From the NCBI GenBank assembly GCA_964016885.1, contig OZ024742.1:110732001-110796000 (forward strand): 64,000 nt of DNA, in the 5' to 3' direction. Below, piece by piece: positions 12,185-30,906 of this stretch (positions are counted from its first letter, which is position 1; each line of letters starts with the position of its first letter). The translations under genes and the position numbers were made by a program. The notes beneath the pieces were generated by a model. That model ran no database searches. It was not told the DNA's origin and saw only the letters and a program-made list of their open reading frames with translations. This stretch comes from Eledone cirrhosa. Lineage: Eukaryota.

Positions 12185-12653
12185 CAGTTATGATATGTTT
12201 GTTACCCCGACGGCTGAGCTCCGGCCATTCCGACAGCTAGATCCGAACTAACACAGCAGTACTATGACGGCGGGGACCTAGCTGAACTTATCAAGGGGTA
12301 CAGTCCATATATGAACATGCAGTCAAAACAAAAAAGGAAGAAGTATCAAATCAAACAGCGTTAAGAGAGAACATTTTTACAAATATCACTGATGGGGTTA
12401 TGAAGGAATTTAACCATGTACATGATCCCCAAATCATTGACCCCTCTCCGTGACAGACCAGAAAAACAACACATTTTTAGAATTGTTTCATTTGATACTT
12501 CTGCCTTTTTTTGTGATTGCATGCCCATATATGGACTGTACCTCTTGATAAGTTCAGCTAGGTCCCTGCCGTCCTAATACTGCTGAGCTAGTTCGGATCT
12601 AGCTGTCGAAACGGCCTGAGCTCAGCCGTCGGAGTCCTGAATCTTTTCCTATT
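12185..12653. mobile_element. Diverged inverted-repeat pLTR element carrying variant HHRs
   Basis: Arms ~12203-12358 / ~12483-12636 around a spacer; related to 814-1016. Confidence 0.75.
12539..12636 (+). ncRNA. Hammerhead ribozyme, U3:A8 core variant
   Basis: TACCTC-TTGATAA-GTTCAGCTAG...CTAGCTGTC-GAAA-CGG..CCG-TC. The mirror copy (12203-12300, minus) keeps a perfect stem I TACCCC/GGGGTA. Confidence 0.7.
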
Positions 12654-13113
12654 ATATATATATATATATAAAATGCGTATGGATATGTGGGCGCGTGTGT
12701 GTGGGAGTGTGTAGATATGTACTTGGGGTTTTGTGATCACAAAATATAAATGGAGTTTTGCCTGGAAACTCAGACAACTTCCAATAAATTTGGTGATGTT
12801 TACTGGGAAGTAAATAAATATTGCAATCGTATAAAAACAAATAAATATCTGCCAACGGGCAAACACTGAAAATAAATATTTGACAATTCGTATTCTAGTA
12901 AAACAGTATCCATTAGCACAAGGTATTATGCAATCGTATCTAAATATAAGCTACATTTCACAAAAATACGAGAGGAGAAGTTAAAATAAAAAAGCATTTG
13001 TCTCTTTATTAGAATCCCAATGTGGAAAGTGTAATTTCACACACACACACACGCATACATCGAGTGCTCAATTTTGTGAACAAACAGTAACATAAAGTTA
13101 CAACACACAAACA

Positions 13114-14912
<1,799 letters not shown>

Positions 14913-14925
14913 TATATATAAAATT

Positions 14926-16777
<1,852 letters not shown>

Positions 16778-18493
16778 AGTGACATATATTGTCTAAATTT
16801 CCTGAAAGCAGTGCCTAGCCTGGTCACAATCCAAAGAGAATAACAGAAGACAAATCAGAAATTCACCCGGAGTATGTATATTCATAGCAAACTGATGCTG
16901 TGTATTTCCTTTACTATTCATAAAAAATATATATCATCTTGGCGATAATTCTATATCTATTTTTAACTAATTCAATTTATCCCGTCATAGAAGAGAAAGA
17001 AGCAATCATCAAATGATGCCAGAGAACACAGAAAGTAATTAAAGTCGTCCACAAGCAAGCATGCAAATATAACTACACATTCGGAGTGGAAACCTACATA
17101 GTATTAGAAACACATACATCTACATTTACACAAACACTTAAACACATTCTAGCACGTACACTCGCACATATATGCTGGTACACTATTACACAAACACACA
17201 ATAAAATGTATCTGATGTTTAACACTTTACCGTATCCAAGTTATCTGCTGCTGAAATCTATAATCTTCTGTCCTCTTCATTATTCCCAAAGTGAGATGAA
17301 CTATTAGATTGTTGAAATGAAAGCTCTGTCGATTTGATGGACAGTAACCCCAAGGGTAATTAAATGGATCGTTTAATAACTGAAATTCTAACTTCATGAC
17401 AACAACGGGAAAATAGACGTTTCACAATTTAAGACGAAACGTCGTAAATGAAATTTTATAAAAAAAAAATAGGAAGGAAGGAAATTCACACAAATCACTA
17501 AAAATATGAAAACAAAAACAAATAGACATACACACACACATCATATAAAATCTATAGGATTCTCTAATTATAACTTTGCGCTAAAATGTAATTAATGTTA
17601 TCAACACTCATTTAAGGTTATTTCGTATTCTACTTTAATCACTATTTTGCAAAACTGTTTAGTTTTTTTGCATATTAAAAACAACAAAAATTAAGAATGC
17701 CAATAAAGAACAAAAGATAAACAAATAAATGAAATTATAGCGGCAACGACAACAACTACAAGAGAAACAGGGGATTGTAGTAGGAAAAAAAATATTTGAT
17801 TTGAGCCAAAAAGACAGCTCTGCACGAACCAATTTAATTTTATAAAAAAGGAGTAAAATAAATTTTATATTTGTACACAATAAAATAAAATAATACTTCA
17901 GATAAAATGTAAACAAAAACGGTATTTGTTTGAATTAGTGTAAGATGATCTTTGGGTATAAAGACATGGCTGTGTCGTTAAGAAGTATATATATATATAT
18001 GTGTGTTTATATCAGTGAGAGGAAATTTCAGGGCATTCGAATTGTAAGGAAAATTAAATTCCCACTAGAATAACAAGTTATAACAATCAATTCTACTTTC
18101 TGGTTCCTTACTTGTGTTAACCATCAATGAGATACCCAGAAGTCAATGCATCAAGAAAATAGTTGATATATACGTTTCTTTAACTCCCCCCCCCCGCCCC
18201 CAACACACACTCACAAATACACACACACACACACACAAATACACATACACACACACACACACACACTCACAAATACACACACACATACACAAATACACAC
18301 ACACATACACACAACATACACACACAGACGCACAAATACCCCCCCCCCCCCCATATATATATACGAGAATTCTAACGCAAAACAACTGAAATAACAGTCG
18401 ATCGCTGCTACGAATAAGAGTGTTTGGATTCCTGCATTTTAAAATTTCAAATCCACCAAGCACTCCGATAAATCACACGACATGATATATGAT

Positions 18494-18661
18494 AGTAGAG
18501 GGTCGGACGCCATGCTTTCCAGCATAGTTACGTCCCTTTACGATCTGAGTTCAAATCCCGCCGAGGTTGACTTTGCCTTTCATCCTTACGTGGTCGATAA
18601 AATAAAGTACCAGTAATGCACTGGTAATTGCTGGTCTTGTGCCAAAAGTAGAAACAATTAT
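18494..18661 (+). mobile_element. tRNA-derived SINE with Deu/Nin-like core
   Basis: B box GAGTTCAAATC, core GCCTTTCATCCTT..GGTCGATAAAATAAAGTACC, ATT-ending tail; many copies in the window. Confidence 0.85.
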
Positions 18662-18867
18662 ATATATTATATAGATACATACACGCACACACACACATAC
18701 ATACACACATATATCCATACATACACACACAAATACACATATATATATACATACATACAGACATACATATACATGTCTATATAAGTAAAGAAGTTTGAAT
18801 CAGTTGATGTCTCTATGGGGTTATATGCTGGTGGTGATGTGTATGACCTAGCTGGATTATATATTCT

Positions 18868-18921
<54 letters not shown>

Positions 18922-18926
<5 letters not shown>

Positions 18927-19199
18927 GTTATATTTGGGGAGGTTATATTGTTATAATATTGTCAAAAATATATAATAAAACACACTCACTGTTTGGTTGG
19001 GGTCGCTTCTCGCTTCCATATATTTTATATCCCTATAGTTAATTTAGCTGGCAATCAATGACCAACAGTTAAACATATAGGTATAAAAATATATATAGTC
19101 TCTCAGAGTTCTTTCATCACACACTTATCATCAGTGATATTATGTTTCTCCACACACGATTTCATATCAAAAGCCTTGCAAAACAAATTCATCGCCCCT
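18922..19199 (-). mobile_element. Nematis-like PLE pLTR (minus) fused to a plus-strand tail fragment
   Basis: Homologous to 54359-54620; decayed HHR at 19103-19137; 19150-19191 resembles the family tail at 22137-22177. Confidence 0.7.
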
Positions 19200-19213
19200 T
19201 ATATATATATATA

Positions 19214-20250
19214 AGGCTTATGGAATCTCCAAGAGGATAGTGGACCTGATATCACTGCTCTACACCAACACCAAAGCCCAAGTCATTACACCTGATGGGA
19301 TGACAGAGTTCTTTGAGATACTGGCTCGAGTGCTCCAGGGAGATACATTGGCTCCCTACCTTTTTGTCATCGTAGTGGACTATTGTATGCGCCTTGCACT
19401 GGAGAAACACCAGGACTCTGGCTTTACTGTAGCACCGGCTCAGAGCAGGAGAGTTGGGGCGAAAAAGGTATCGGATGCTGAATTTGCCGACGACATAGTT
19501 TTGGTGACAAATACAGTGAAGGAGGCAGAGGATTTGATGCGGGAGGTTGAGACTGTCTCGATGAGTGTGGGGCTGAGAATGAATGAGACTAAAACAAAAT
19601 ATCTGGTAGAGAATGTTGAGAAGCCAGAGGGGATCACTAATGTAGGCGGGAAGCCGCTGGAATTGGTTGAGGACTTCCTGTATTTGGGAGCAAAGATTGG
19701 GAATACGGAAGATGGTGTGGTTGAGAGGAAGAGCAAGGCCTGGGCGGCGTGTCACAGCTTGAAATCGGTGTGGAAGTCGGACCTTCGTAGAGACCTGAAA
19801 ATCCGCCTCTTCATTGCTGTAGTGGAGTCTGTGCTGCTGTATGGGTCTGAGACTTGGACACTGACCAAGAGACTCACTCATATGGTGGATGGGTGCTACA
19901 CGAGAATGCTGAGGATGGCTCTGAACATTAATCAGTATACACTGAGGATGAAAAACTCAGAGCTGTATGGGAGCATCCCAAAAGTCAGCTCAAAAGTGAC
20001 ACAGAGGAGACTGAGGTTGGCTGGACATGCTCACCGACATACAGAGTTGACATTGCACTCAGTGCTCCTTTGGGAGCCCCTACATGGACACACTAGAAGA
20101 GGAAGACCAAGGTTAACATATGTTGATGCCCTAAGGACAGACACTGGTCTGTTGGAGATGCAGGATATGGCAGCGATAATGAGGGACAGAGACCGCTGGA
20201 GAGAACTCGTCCATGGATCTCGGGAATTTTACCCGCCTTAGATAGATAGA
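19214..20250 (+). mobile_element. 5'-truncated RTE-clade LINE; open RT/C-terminal frame 19240-20241; (TAGA)n tail
   Basis: LQGDTLAPYLFVIVVD, EFADDIVL, FLYLG, VESVLLYGSETW, RLRLAGH, RGRP motifs; inserted in (TA)n. Confidence 0.92.
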
Positions 20251-20491
20251 TATATATATATAGGAAAAAGGGTTAGGTCATGAAATTGGGGTCTTTGGTA
20301 CTACAGTAATTCGTGCTGAAATTAAATTGTCCATAATTCTATGCTTAAGTTTCAGCTACTCAACAAAGCATATTTTTATAATTCTGAAATAGAGTGTAAG
20401 TAGACAATTTTTTTGAAGCACATTTTTTCTGATTATATTGATAAAAAAAGAAAAGAAATAGAAACAGTTTCGGAGCAAATTGGTTTCAGTT

Positions 20492-21130
<639 letters not shown>

Positions 21131-21132
<2 letters not shown>

Positions 21133-22180
21133 TTGTTATACTTTGGGAGGGTCATGTTGCCAATAAGAAACACACGCACCAGTTGCTTTCACTTCAGTTT
21201 ATGATATATTTATAAATTTACAAATTTATAAATTTATAAATATAAACTCAATATTAAGATAGTAGAAAGACCAGGTACCTCCGTAAAAACACTTATTAGC
21301 AAGGCATACCCTTTTCAAAGACCCTCATGTATAGACAAGAAATGTATAACCTGTAAAATAAGCCCCCATATTAACTGTAAAACTAGAAATGTAGTGTATA
21401 GCATAAGATGTACTGAAGGACAATGTAGAGACAAAAATATAGTGTACATAGGTGAGACAGCTCGTAGTATAGGGGAACGGATAAATGAACACTGGCGAGA
21501 CCTTCAAGATAATAAAGAATCATCTGTACTCTACCAACATGCTAAGATATAACACAAGGGTAAATTAGAGAACAGAAATAAAAATAGAAACTACACACAG
21601 AAAAGATGCAATGTTTAGACAAATTACAGAGGCAATAAACATAAAAGAATTACAACCAAAATTAAATAGAAAATATGAGTGGAACAGCAACATCACAACT
21701 TACAATTAAGGACAAAATGAAAACACACACACACATAGAACAAACAACCAACCAGTAACATGTAAATAAACAAATAAATAAACAAATAGATAAATGAACA
21801 GAAACACACACAGACACCTGGATGTGGCGCATGCGCAGACTGAGCACACAACACACACACAGAAACAAAATGGCGTAGGACAGAACAAAGGAGAGGCACA
21901 GAAACAAAGAAAGGAATCCCCACTCACTGAAGAGGTCACAGAGTGTGTGACGAAAGGACTATGACTATATATAAACAACTATCTGGTTGCGGAACCAACC
22001 AACCAACCAACCAGAAATTTATATATTTATAAATTTGTAAATTTATAAATATATAATAAACTGAAGTGAAAGCAACTTGTGCGTGTGTTTCTTATTGGCA
22101 ACATGACCCTCCCAAAGTATAACAATATCGGTTTCAACACACGATTTCAGATAAAGAATCTTGCTAAACAAATTCAGAAA

Positions 22181-22182
<2 letters not shown>
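21131..22182 (+). mobile_element. 5'-truncated Nematis-like PLE (family B) with inverted pLTR arm and 3' tail
   Basis: Inverted arm 21131-21232; endonuclease remnant ~21243-21720 (CIDKKCITC..CKTRNVVYSIRC..YIGETARS..ERINEH); HHR 21923-21965; tail 22128-22182. Confidence 0.9.
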
Positions 22183-22232
<50 letters not shown>

Positions 22233-22253
22233 ATATATATATAATATAGATAT

Positions 22254-22301
<48 letters not shown>

Positions 22302-22404
22302 TATATAATATATATATATATATATTGTATACACACACATATAGAGACACACAGACAGACACACACACACACATAGAGACACACAGACACACACACACAT
22401 AGAG

Positions 22405-22474
<70 letters not shown>

Positions 22475-22734
22475 ATATATGCATATGTGTATATGTGTAC
22501 ATATAATTATACATATAATATGATGGATCGTTAGGTAGTGAATGCTAATATGACCGAACAAAAAGAAACGACAGACGGAAAAGATGTGAATACGGTGTGA
22601 TATATAATAATTCTGTGTTTAGATAGTAATATTAATTAGAGAATGTACCCGTGATATGCATTGTATTGTTGATCTCGTAGATAAACTTAGCGGGGAAATT
22701 TGCGAATATTTGGAATCAAATATATGCCGACCTC

Positions 22735-22784
<50 letters not shown>

Positions 22785-23506
22785 TGTGTGCAGGAGCAAT
22801 AAAATACAAGTCAGAAGTAATATTACAATCTTACGTAATATTGAAAGAAAAAGTATTTTAATCAGAGAAAAACAGTGGGGGCGTGTAAGTATGCGCGCAT
22901 AGGTATGTGCATGTATATGTGTATGCGCATATGCGTGCCTATGTGTGTGCGGATGTATGTGTATGGGACATTTATATTTTCAAAAGTTCAAATTATAAAC
23001 ATTTGTTAGAAATATTTTCAAGTGAAGGCATAAATAACACAAATGATGATGTAATAAATATAAAAAAATTGTTACATTGTGAAATAATCACTCCAGATAT
23101 TTTAGAACTTTCTCTACGTAGAATTTGAAGTTGTTGAAAATCGTGACAATATTGATCCCGAATATAACTGGTCACATTTTACCCTACTTTTCTTTTTTGT
23201 CAGGTGTTTCTCGGTTTATATAAGAGTATGTACGGTGGATTTCTCCAAGAGCAAACAAGACATCAATGTCATTCATTGATTCTTTCTGTCCTTAACACAT
23301 AGACAGACACACAGACACACACACACACACTGAAACACACTGTCACAAACACACACACATATATGTAACGAAGTTTTAAATAAACCTGAATCAACTGATT
23401 ATAGCCTCCGATCTTTTAATAATAATAATAATATATATATATATATATATATATACAAGCAAATTATAAACGTAAACATGTAAGTATACATAAATATATA
23501 TATAGA

Positions 23507-23578
<72 letters not shown>

Positions 23579-24039
23579 TATATATACATATATGTATATA
23601 TATATTTATGTATGTGTATGTGTGTGTTTCTGTGTTTATATGTATGTATGTGGGTGGGATTACACACCTCAAACACACACATACAATATAAACACAGATG
23701 TGTGTGTGTGTGTGTGTGTGTGCGTGTGTGCGCAAGGCTGAGGCCATGAAATTGGGGTCTTTGGTACTACAGTAATTCGTGCTGAAATTAAATTGTCCAT
23801 AATTCTATGCTAAAGTTTCAGCTACTCAGCAAAGCATATGTTTATAATTCTGGTAATAGAGTGTAAGTAGACAATTTTTTTGAAGCACATTTTTTTCTGA
23901 TTATATTGATAAAAAAAGAAAAGAAATAGAAACAGTTTCGGAGCAAATTGGTTTCAGTGTATACGAGTTTCCATAAAGGTACGGGTAATTGTAGATACCC
24001 CAAAACAATTTGCACAAACATTTTACGTTTTCCAACATT

Positions 24040-24438
24040 GACACAATGTCAGCAATATGAAGGGAAGGGGAAAGTCAATTAAATCGGGCCCGGTACTAAA
24101 CTACTACTTTATCTTATCCTTTCTGGAAGGATGAATGGCAAATTTGTCTTGGCGGGATTTTAACTCAGAACGTAGAAATTCGTAACTAAATGTCAGTCCA
24201 CCGCCAAATATCATATAATTATTATTTCTACTTTTGGTACAACGTCAACAGTTCGAAGGGCAGGGGAAGTTGATTAAATCGACGCAAGTGCTTTACTGGA
24301 ACTTTCTTTTATCGACCCCGTAAGGATGAAAGGTAAATCTAATCTTGGCGGAATTTTGACTTAGAACATATAGAAACATTACTATATGCCATAAATCATG
24401 CTGTCCAACGCTCTACCGCTACTGCCAATCCATCGCCC
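24040..24438 (-). mobile_element. Two tandem decayed Deu/Nin-type SINEs
   Basis: Reverse complements of the SINE core (TTTATCGACCCCGTAAGGATGAAAGG) and head. Confidence 0.75.
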
Positions 24439-25014
24439 TCAATTTTATGTAATGATAAATATTTATTATATCGGTATAATATGCACTTTCTGATTATTTG
24501 AGATTTGAAGATATCTCTCCTGATTAAAGTTAGTAGATTTCTACATTGGTAGTGTGGTTTATCTATAATCATCTCAAGGTCAATATTGATTAATTAAAGT
24601 TCTCTTTAATTTAGTATCTGAGCTTTTACTTTCATATTTAAATTGATCGGTGTTCACATGATTGAATAAACATCAATATATATGTGGATTTAGTTTCTTA
24701 GCTTTTACTTTCATATTTATAATGATTGATATTCATGTGATTGAATAAAATTCAATATATATGTGGATTTTATTTTAACGACCAAGATAGGTGAACATTA
24801 CCCAGATATGGACCCAGTAACGGAATCTGAAGGTTTAACGTAGATAGCGAAGCTAAGTACTGATGCAATGTTTTCAAACACCAAAAGCGTATACCCCAGA
24901 TGCATTCACAGTTATCTGATAGTGATAATTTTAGGTTGTGGTTCTTTGCTCAATACTAAAAACATACTCTGAAAACTCAATCTAACAGGCGCCTCATAGA
25001 ATGTCTATTGCAAT

Positions 25015-25050
<36 letters not shown>

Positions 25051-25051
25051 T

Positions 25052-27961
25052 ATAAATTAATAAAAACAATGAATAAAAACAAAGAAACAGTTCCTTATAT
25101 TAAAAATTCACCATTTTACGATCGTTTCTAGGATATATATGTGTGTGTTGGTATATATATCATATAGATCTATGTAAAAATTTTACAAACTATCAGAGGG
25201 AACAAAGCCTTGATATTTGCCAAAAATAGATGAAACTTAACTATGGATGACAAACACTACTGGAATTTCAGAAGGAATACTGGACCAGAAATACATATAG
25301 TAATCTATTCGACATTACTATGGGCTCTAGTGATTCTGCCCAAATTACCGATCTTGTGGGCCTCTTTCTTCTATTTAACATAAATGCTTCTTTTCCCCCA
25401 CCTTAAAGGTGGTTTATATCGTGATGACTGTCTTCTTCTTTCCACTAACGTTAGCCTATCAGAAATTGAAAAAAATAAAAAACTTTTTAGAACTTTCCTC
25501 AAAGACTATTACAGTCTCACTATTACATTTGAAAACACCAGTAAAGTAGTTAATTTCCTTGATATAACTTTAGACTTATCTACGGGTATCTACCAACCTT
25601 ACCATAAACCTAACCAAAACTTACATTACATACACTCACAATCCAATCACCCTATATCTATCCTTGAAACCCTAGCATATAATATCTCACCTCAATATTT
25701 CTAACCTTTCATCTAACCAGGATGTATTCTATAAAAATGCGCCCTTTTATAACGAAGCTTTAGCTAGAAGCGGCCACAAAAACAAATTAATCTATATACC
25801 TTGCACCAATAATACTTCAAACATACAACCCAATATTACCAACAAACACCAAATGAAAAATACACACGTAAATGCCACTCACACTATACCCCAAAATACC
25901 AACTTAAAACTTAATTTCTCTACTTCTTCTCACATACAATATAATAACTTTCAAAAAACCATTCATCCTAATACTCCAATATATGTTAATAACATTACTA
26001 ACAAAATTCCTAATAATCAGACTAAAACACCTAAATCAGTTAATCTAACTAAACCTATATATAATAAATTCACTAATACTAACTCTCTTAGTAAACATCA
26101 GGATACATCGTATAAAAATAAAAAACAACATCGAAACCGTAATAGACGATTTACTTGGTATAATGCTCCATTTAATCTACAAATTAAAGATAATATCCCT
26201 AAAATGTTTTTTACTATCCTAGAGAAAAACTTCCCGCCAAACCATAAATACCATCAAATTTTAAATAGATCAACGGTCAAATTCTCCTACTCCACTACCA
26301 AAAATATACAACAAAATATCATGCCTACAATGCATATAAATGTAAAAGAACCATGAATATACCACCAACACATCAAACTAACCATAATACTAAAATAAAC
26401 CGCAGCAAACCACCATCTCCTTCACATACAACAAGTCAAGTAAATTCCACACCTAATTTGACTAACTCCCCTGATATAATATTCACGAATGGTTGTAACT
26501 GTAGAAACAAAGCAAATTGCCCATTAAAAGGAAATTACATTATTAATAACATAGTATATAAATGTAAAATTAGCACTAAGGACTCAACTTATTCATATAT
26601 AGGAGCTACTTCTAACCAATTTAAAGTAAGATTTAATACCCACAAACACTGTTTTTAAAATGCCGCATTAGCTAATACAACATCCTTGACTGAAATAATT
26701 AATAATTATAGAAAAAAGAATATCGATTATAACATGACCTGGAGTGTGCTCAAAAGGGCCACCCCTTATCAAAATAACAGATATGAGTGTAGATTATGTT
26801 CCCAGGAACTTTTTGAAATAATGAAATCTAAGGATATCCTATTAAATAAGCGACAAGAATTAATTATATCGTGCAATCATAGAATCAGAAGAAATTTCAC
26901 ATATTATAAACCTAATTAATATACACTTATATTTTACAAATTATTATAATTATTTTTTTTTTATTTAGTTAACCTATAATTAGTATTTTACTACTGAGAA
27001 CGTCATAATTTTATTAACGTTTTACAGCTATCTTTTCCTAAAATTAATACCTATAAGTATACATATAAACTATTTTAATTTCCTGTTATGAATCTAAATT
27101 CCTTGTAGTCTATATAAGTTTGTTATTTCTCACTAATACATTTACCCCCCCCCCCCAAATTTTTTTCCTTCGTTTTTAACAACATTCTTTAATAACATCT
27201 AACTCTTATTTATCACATCTATATGAATTAATATAAATTTATCCCTATAAGTATACCTATTAATTAAATTAATTTAATTTCTTTTTATAGATCTAAATTC
27301 CTTATGTTTTAAATAAGATTGGTATTTCTCACTAACACATTTATCCTAAAATGTTATTCTCCTTCGAATTTAACATTAGCATTATTCTTTAATAACATCA
27401 AATTTTCGTGTACCTTTCACCGGCTTGACCTCTTTTCATCCCCAAAGTAATCTTTTCATTCAAAGTATTCTTTCCATTCAAAACTGAAGTCTGCATTCCT
27501 CTACCCCTAAATTAAATTTCTACTACTACTATTCTATCAACTTGACCACTTACTACTTTTCTATTGGTCAATTCAAAACCTGTTTCCAAGCAGACCTATT
27601 ATATTAAATCATTGTTGGTCTTTTTCAATAAACAAATATCATTATTTCTTAAGACAGCATATATATGTGTAGGTATGTATATTCCCTCTGATAGTGTGTA
27701 AAATGTTAACATAGATCTATATGATATACATACCAACACACACATATATATCCTAGAAACGATCGTAAAATGATGAATTTTTTAATATAAGGAACTGTTT
27801 CTTTGTTTTTATTCATTGTTTTTTAAAATTTATCTTGACTCTGTTTTCCTGTGATTTTCATCGAAAAAATGTTTGAATACATCTTCTCTTTTCATGATAT
27901 TTGGATTACATTGAGTTCTTCATACGGATTGGACACTACCGTATATTTTGGTAGATTTGTC

Positions 27962-27964
<3 letters not shown>
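25052..27964 (+). mobile_element. 5'-truncated Hydra-clade-like PLE (family A) with inverted arm and tail
   Basis: Inverted arm 25052-25202; frameshifted RT-EN ORF; HHR 27639-27776 (G5 mutated); tail 27834-27964; (TA)n flanks. Confidence 0.93.
25270..26919 (+). pseudogene. PLE reverse transcriptase + GIY-YIG endonuclease, frameshifted
   Basis: [70 protein letters not shown] motifs. Confidence 0.92.
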
Positions 27965-28002
<38 letters not shown>

Positions 28003-29355
28003 GTGTGTGTGTGTGTTTGTTTGTTTTGGTTTGTGTGCGTGTTTCTGTTGTGGTCTAAGGTACATGCACATGGGCTAACGAATGAGCTTCGCCTGATCAC
28101 TCAACATGTTATGTATATCCCCCCCCCCAAAAAAAAAAATTCTATCTTATATCATACTACCATTTTGTATTAAGAACCTTTTTGATAATATCCTAAGTTT
28201 TCTAAGTAACGAATAAAAGTAAAGCTGATCATAATTGTAGTGATAGGTGGTATCGACTTCGTGCATTTGGGTTTAAAACCACACATACATACTTCCCTTT
28301 CTTGTTTCACCCCTAGGTTCATGAAAGATCTCTGGTGATTTACGTAACAAGCGCCATGTGATCTTCATGGAATTTTCGTGAGAGAATGCAGTAGTGTTTT
28401 CCATTTATCCTCTTTTTTAAGACAGCTTGCCACACCCGATTTAGAATTTTAAAAAAATAAACACTTTATAATCCAAAACAAATGCAACAAATAAATCTGT
28501 TAAATGCTCTGATATTTTCACCACCCTTGATTATTACGTTATTTGATGGGACATGGATCTTAGTGGGATTTGAACTCAGAATGTAAAGAACAGCATACTG
28601 TAAGGCAATTTATTCAACGATTTAATTAATTCGTCGTCTTATAAATGTACAGGTATATTTAATACGAATGAGGTTTTAGTTTACATAGTCTTTTCCCGTC
28701 ATTACAGTTGTTAGTTCTAGAAGGACATGCAATCATGTAGATCTCTCGCTCGAAAATGTTGTTTCAGTTGTTTAGCTCACATGAAAATATTGTTTAAACA
28801 CATATAATATGATCGAACGGAATTCAGTTATGACCATCGTGTATTTTATATATCTAGGACTATAGTGCATGTGTGCCTTTTTAAATGTGTGATATGCGGA
28901 AATTAGACTGCTAATTCTAGCATAACCTCATAGTCTCATAGGCTTCGTCGTTAATATATACATACCAAGAGCTGTATGAAATCTAAAATTTGAAGACACT
29001 TGGGATTAGAATAAACAGTATGGTAGCACTAAAGTTTTGACAGGCCTCAATATCAACTACGTATTTATACTTCCCTAATTCATGTAATATAGTTATTTTC
29101 GTTTTAACATTAACAATTCATGTCTTTTCTGAGTTGGGAGAAAATAGAAAATATTGATTTATTGATTTGGTTTCGTTAAACAGTTTATATCAGCCTCTGG
29201 CTTTATAAACGCTTGTACTCCCTGAACGAAGTTCATCCTTTTCCAAGTATTTTGTAAACATTAAAATGGTAACTATCGCTTTACAAACTAAGCTGATTCT
29301 TGTTTAAATTTATTGATTTCTTTTGTAGTGGTAACCATTAATTTTAAGATATATA

Positions 29356-30239
29356 CGAGGTGTGTCAGAAAAGTTTCAGGACTGATGTCACAAAAGATTT
29401 ATTTCAAACCCAAACTTCACACTGAGAGTTTTCTCCTTCAAAGTAATCCCCCTAGAATATGTAACTGTAATCTTAGCTCTCTGCAGCGATCAAACTTTTT
29501 TCTTCATAATTTTATATACATGTCCCTTGTTTCAGGTCGTCAAACAATGAGCACAGAGCAACGAACAAACTTGAATTTTCTGCTACGGTTGGGGAAAACT
29601 CCGCCAGAAGCACTGGGATTGCTACAGCAAGTGTATCGAGATGAGACGATGTCACGCTCCGGTGTTTTTGAGTTGTGTAAGATGACCCCAGGAGCGGAAG
29701 GCCCTCAACAACCAGGACTGAGGTTAACGTTGAGCGCGTCAGGCAGATGGTGCATAGCGATCGTCGGCTGACTGTTCTACTGATGGCAAATGAGCTGCAC
29801 ATGAATCGGGACAGCGTCTGGAAGATTCTCACTGAAGATTTGGACATGCGGAAAGTCTGCGCGAAGATGGTGCCAAAACTGCTGAACGATGACCAGAAGG
29901 GTCGACGCATGAAAGTATGCCAGGGCATCCTAGAGCGTCTTGAAACCGAACCAGACTTGCTAGGGACAGTCATCACCGGTGATGAGTCATGGATCTTCAA
30001 GTACGACCCAGAAGAGACCCATTTTGAAGACGTGGACGACATCAAAAAGGCCGTGACGACGGAACTGCGAAGGATCCCGGAAGAATCCTTCCAGGAGTAC
30101 ATGCAAGCGTGGCAGAAAAGGATGGAAAAGTGCATTAGACTCCAGGGGGATTATTTGAAGGAGAAAACTCTTGTCTGAAGTTTGTGTTTGAAATAAATCT
30201 TTTGTGACATCAGTCCTGGAACTTTCTTGACACACTTCT
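29356..30239 (+). mobile_element. Internally deleted mariner (Tc1/mariner) DNA transposon
   Basis: ~65-bp TIRs (CGAGGTGTGTCAGAAAAGTTTCAGGACTGATGTCACAAAAG...), TA on both sides. HTH region, KMVPKLL and ITGDESW..YDPE are fused directly to the C-terminal FEDVDDIKKAV segment. Confidence 0.93.
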
Positions 30240-30906
30240 TAAGGGTGTACATTTTGATCCGAATACAAATTGTGTATTGTATGTTCGTCGTAAATGGACG
30301 CGCTATGATAAGCAATATTTCTGCTGCAGGAACTATAGAGAACTATTAACTCTTAAATATATTTTCTGTACTAGTGTTAATACTCAATTAAATAATGATA
30401 ATCACGTATATCTTGTGTGCCGGTCTAAACGCCATGGAATATATAAAGATATCTCTTAATCTTCTCGGTTCATTTAAAAAGTTCATTGCGTAAAATTAAT
30501 TTATAAAAAAAAAGTTGCCGTGTTAACAGATTAGCGTCAAATTATACGAGATTCGTATTCCTATTATGGGAGATGGCTTTCACTTCATTGCATAGATCTT
30601 ACTACTTATTTGAAAATATCAACTTAAGTTTATTAACAAATGTTAATTTCATTTCGTTTCATGCTGTAGTCTTACCGTTTTCATTGATCGTGGTAAGACA
30701 ATTATAACATTGGATGGTATTTTCATTTCTACAACGAATTTGCAGAGTCGATTGACATTCAAATCAAATGACTTGCAATCTGAGTAAAAATCTACCCTCG
30801 GTGAGATTCAGCTCTCGTGTTAGCAATTTGTACTAGACCAGGACGGTCGATTGGCAGAACTGATAAAATGTCTTTCTTACGTTCTAAGTTAAAATCACGC
30901 CTCTTA

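Noticed and set aside
19252-19881. 209-aa antisense ORF
   Set aside because: Shadow frame of the RTE reverse transcriptase.
23741-23875. Possible exon ending at GTAAGT
   Set aside because: No convincing reading frame or homology; the donor-like hexamer is expected by chance.
25270-26919. Naiad-type selenoprotein PLE
   Set aside because: The endonuclease is C-terminal, and the interruptions are frameshifts and TAA-type stops rather than UGA at Cys positions.
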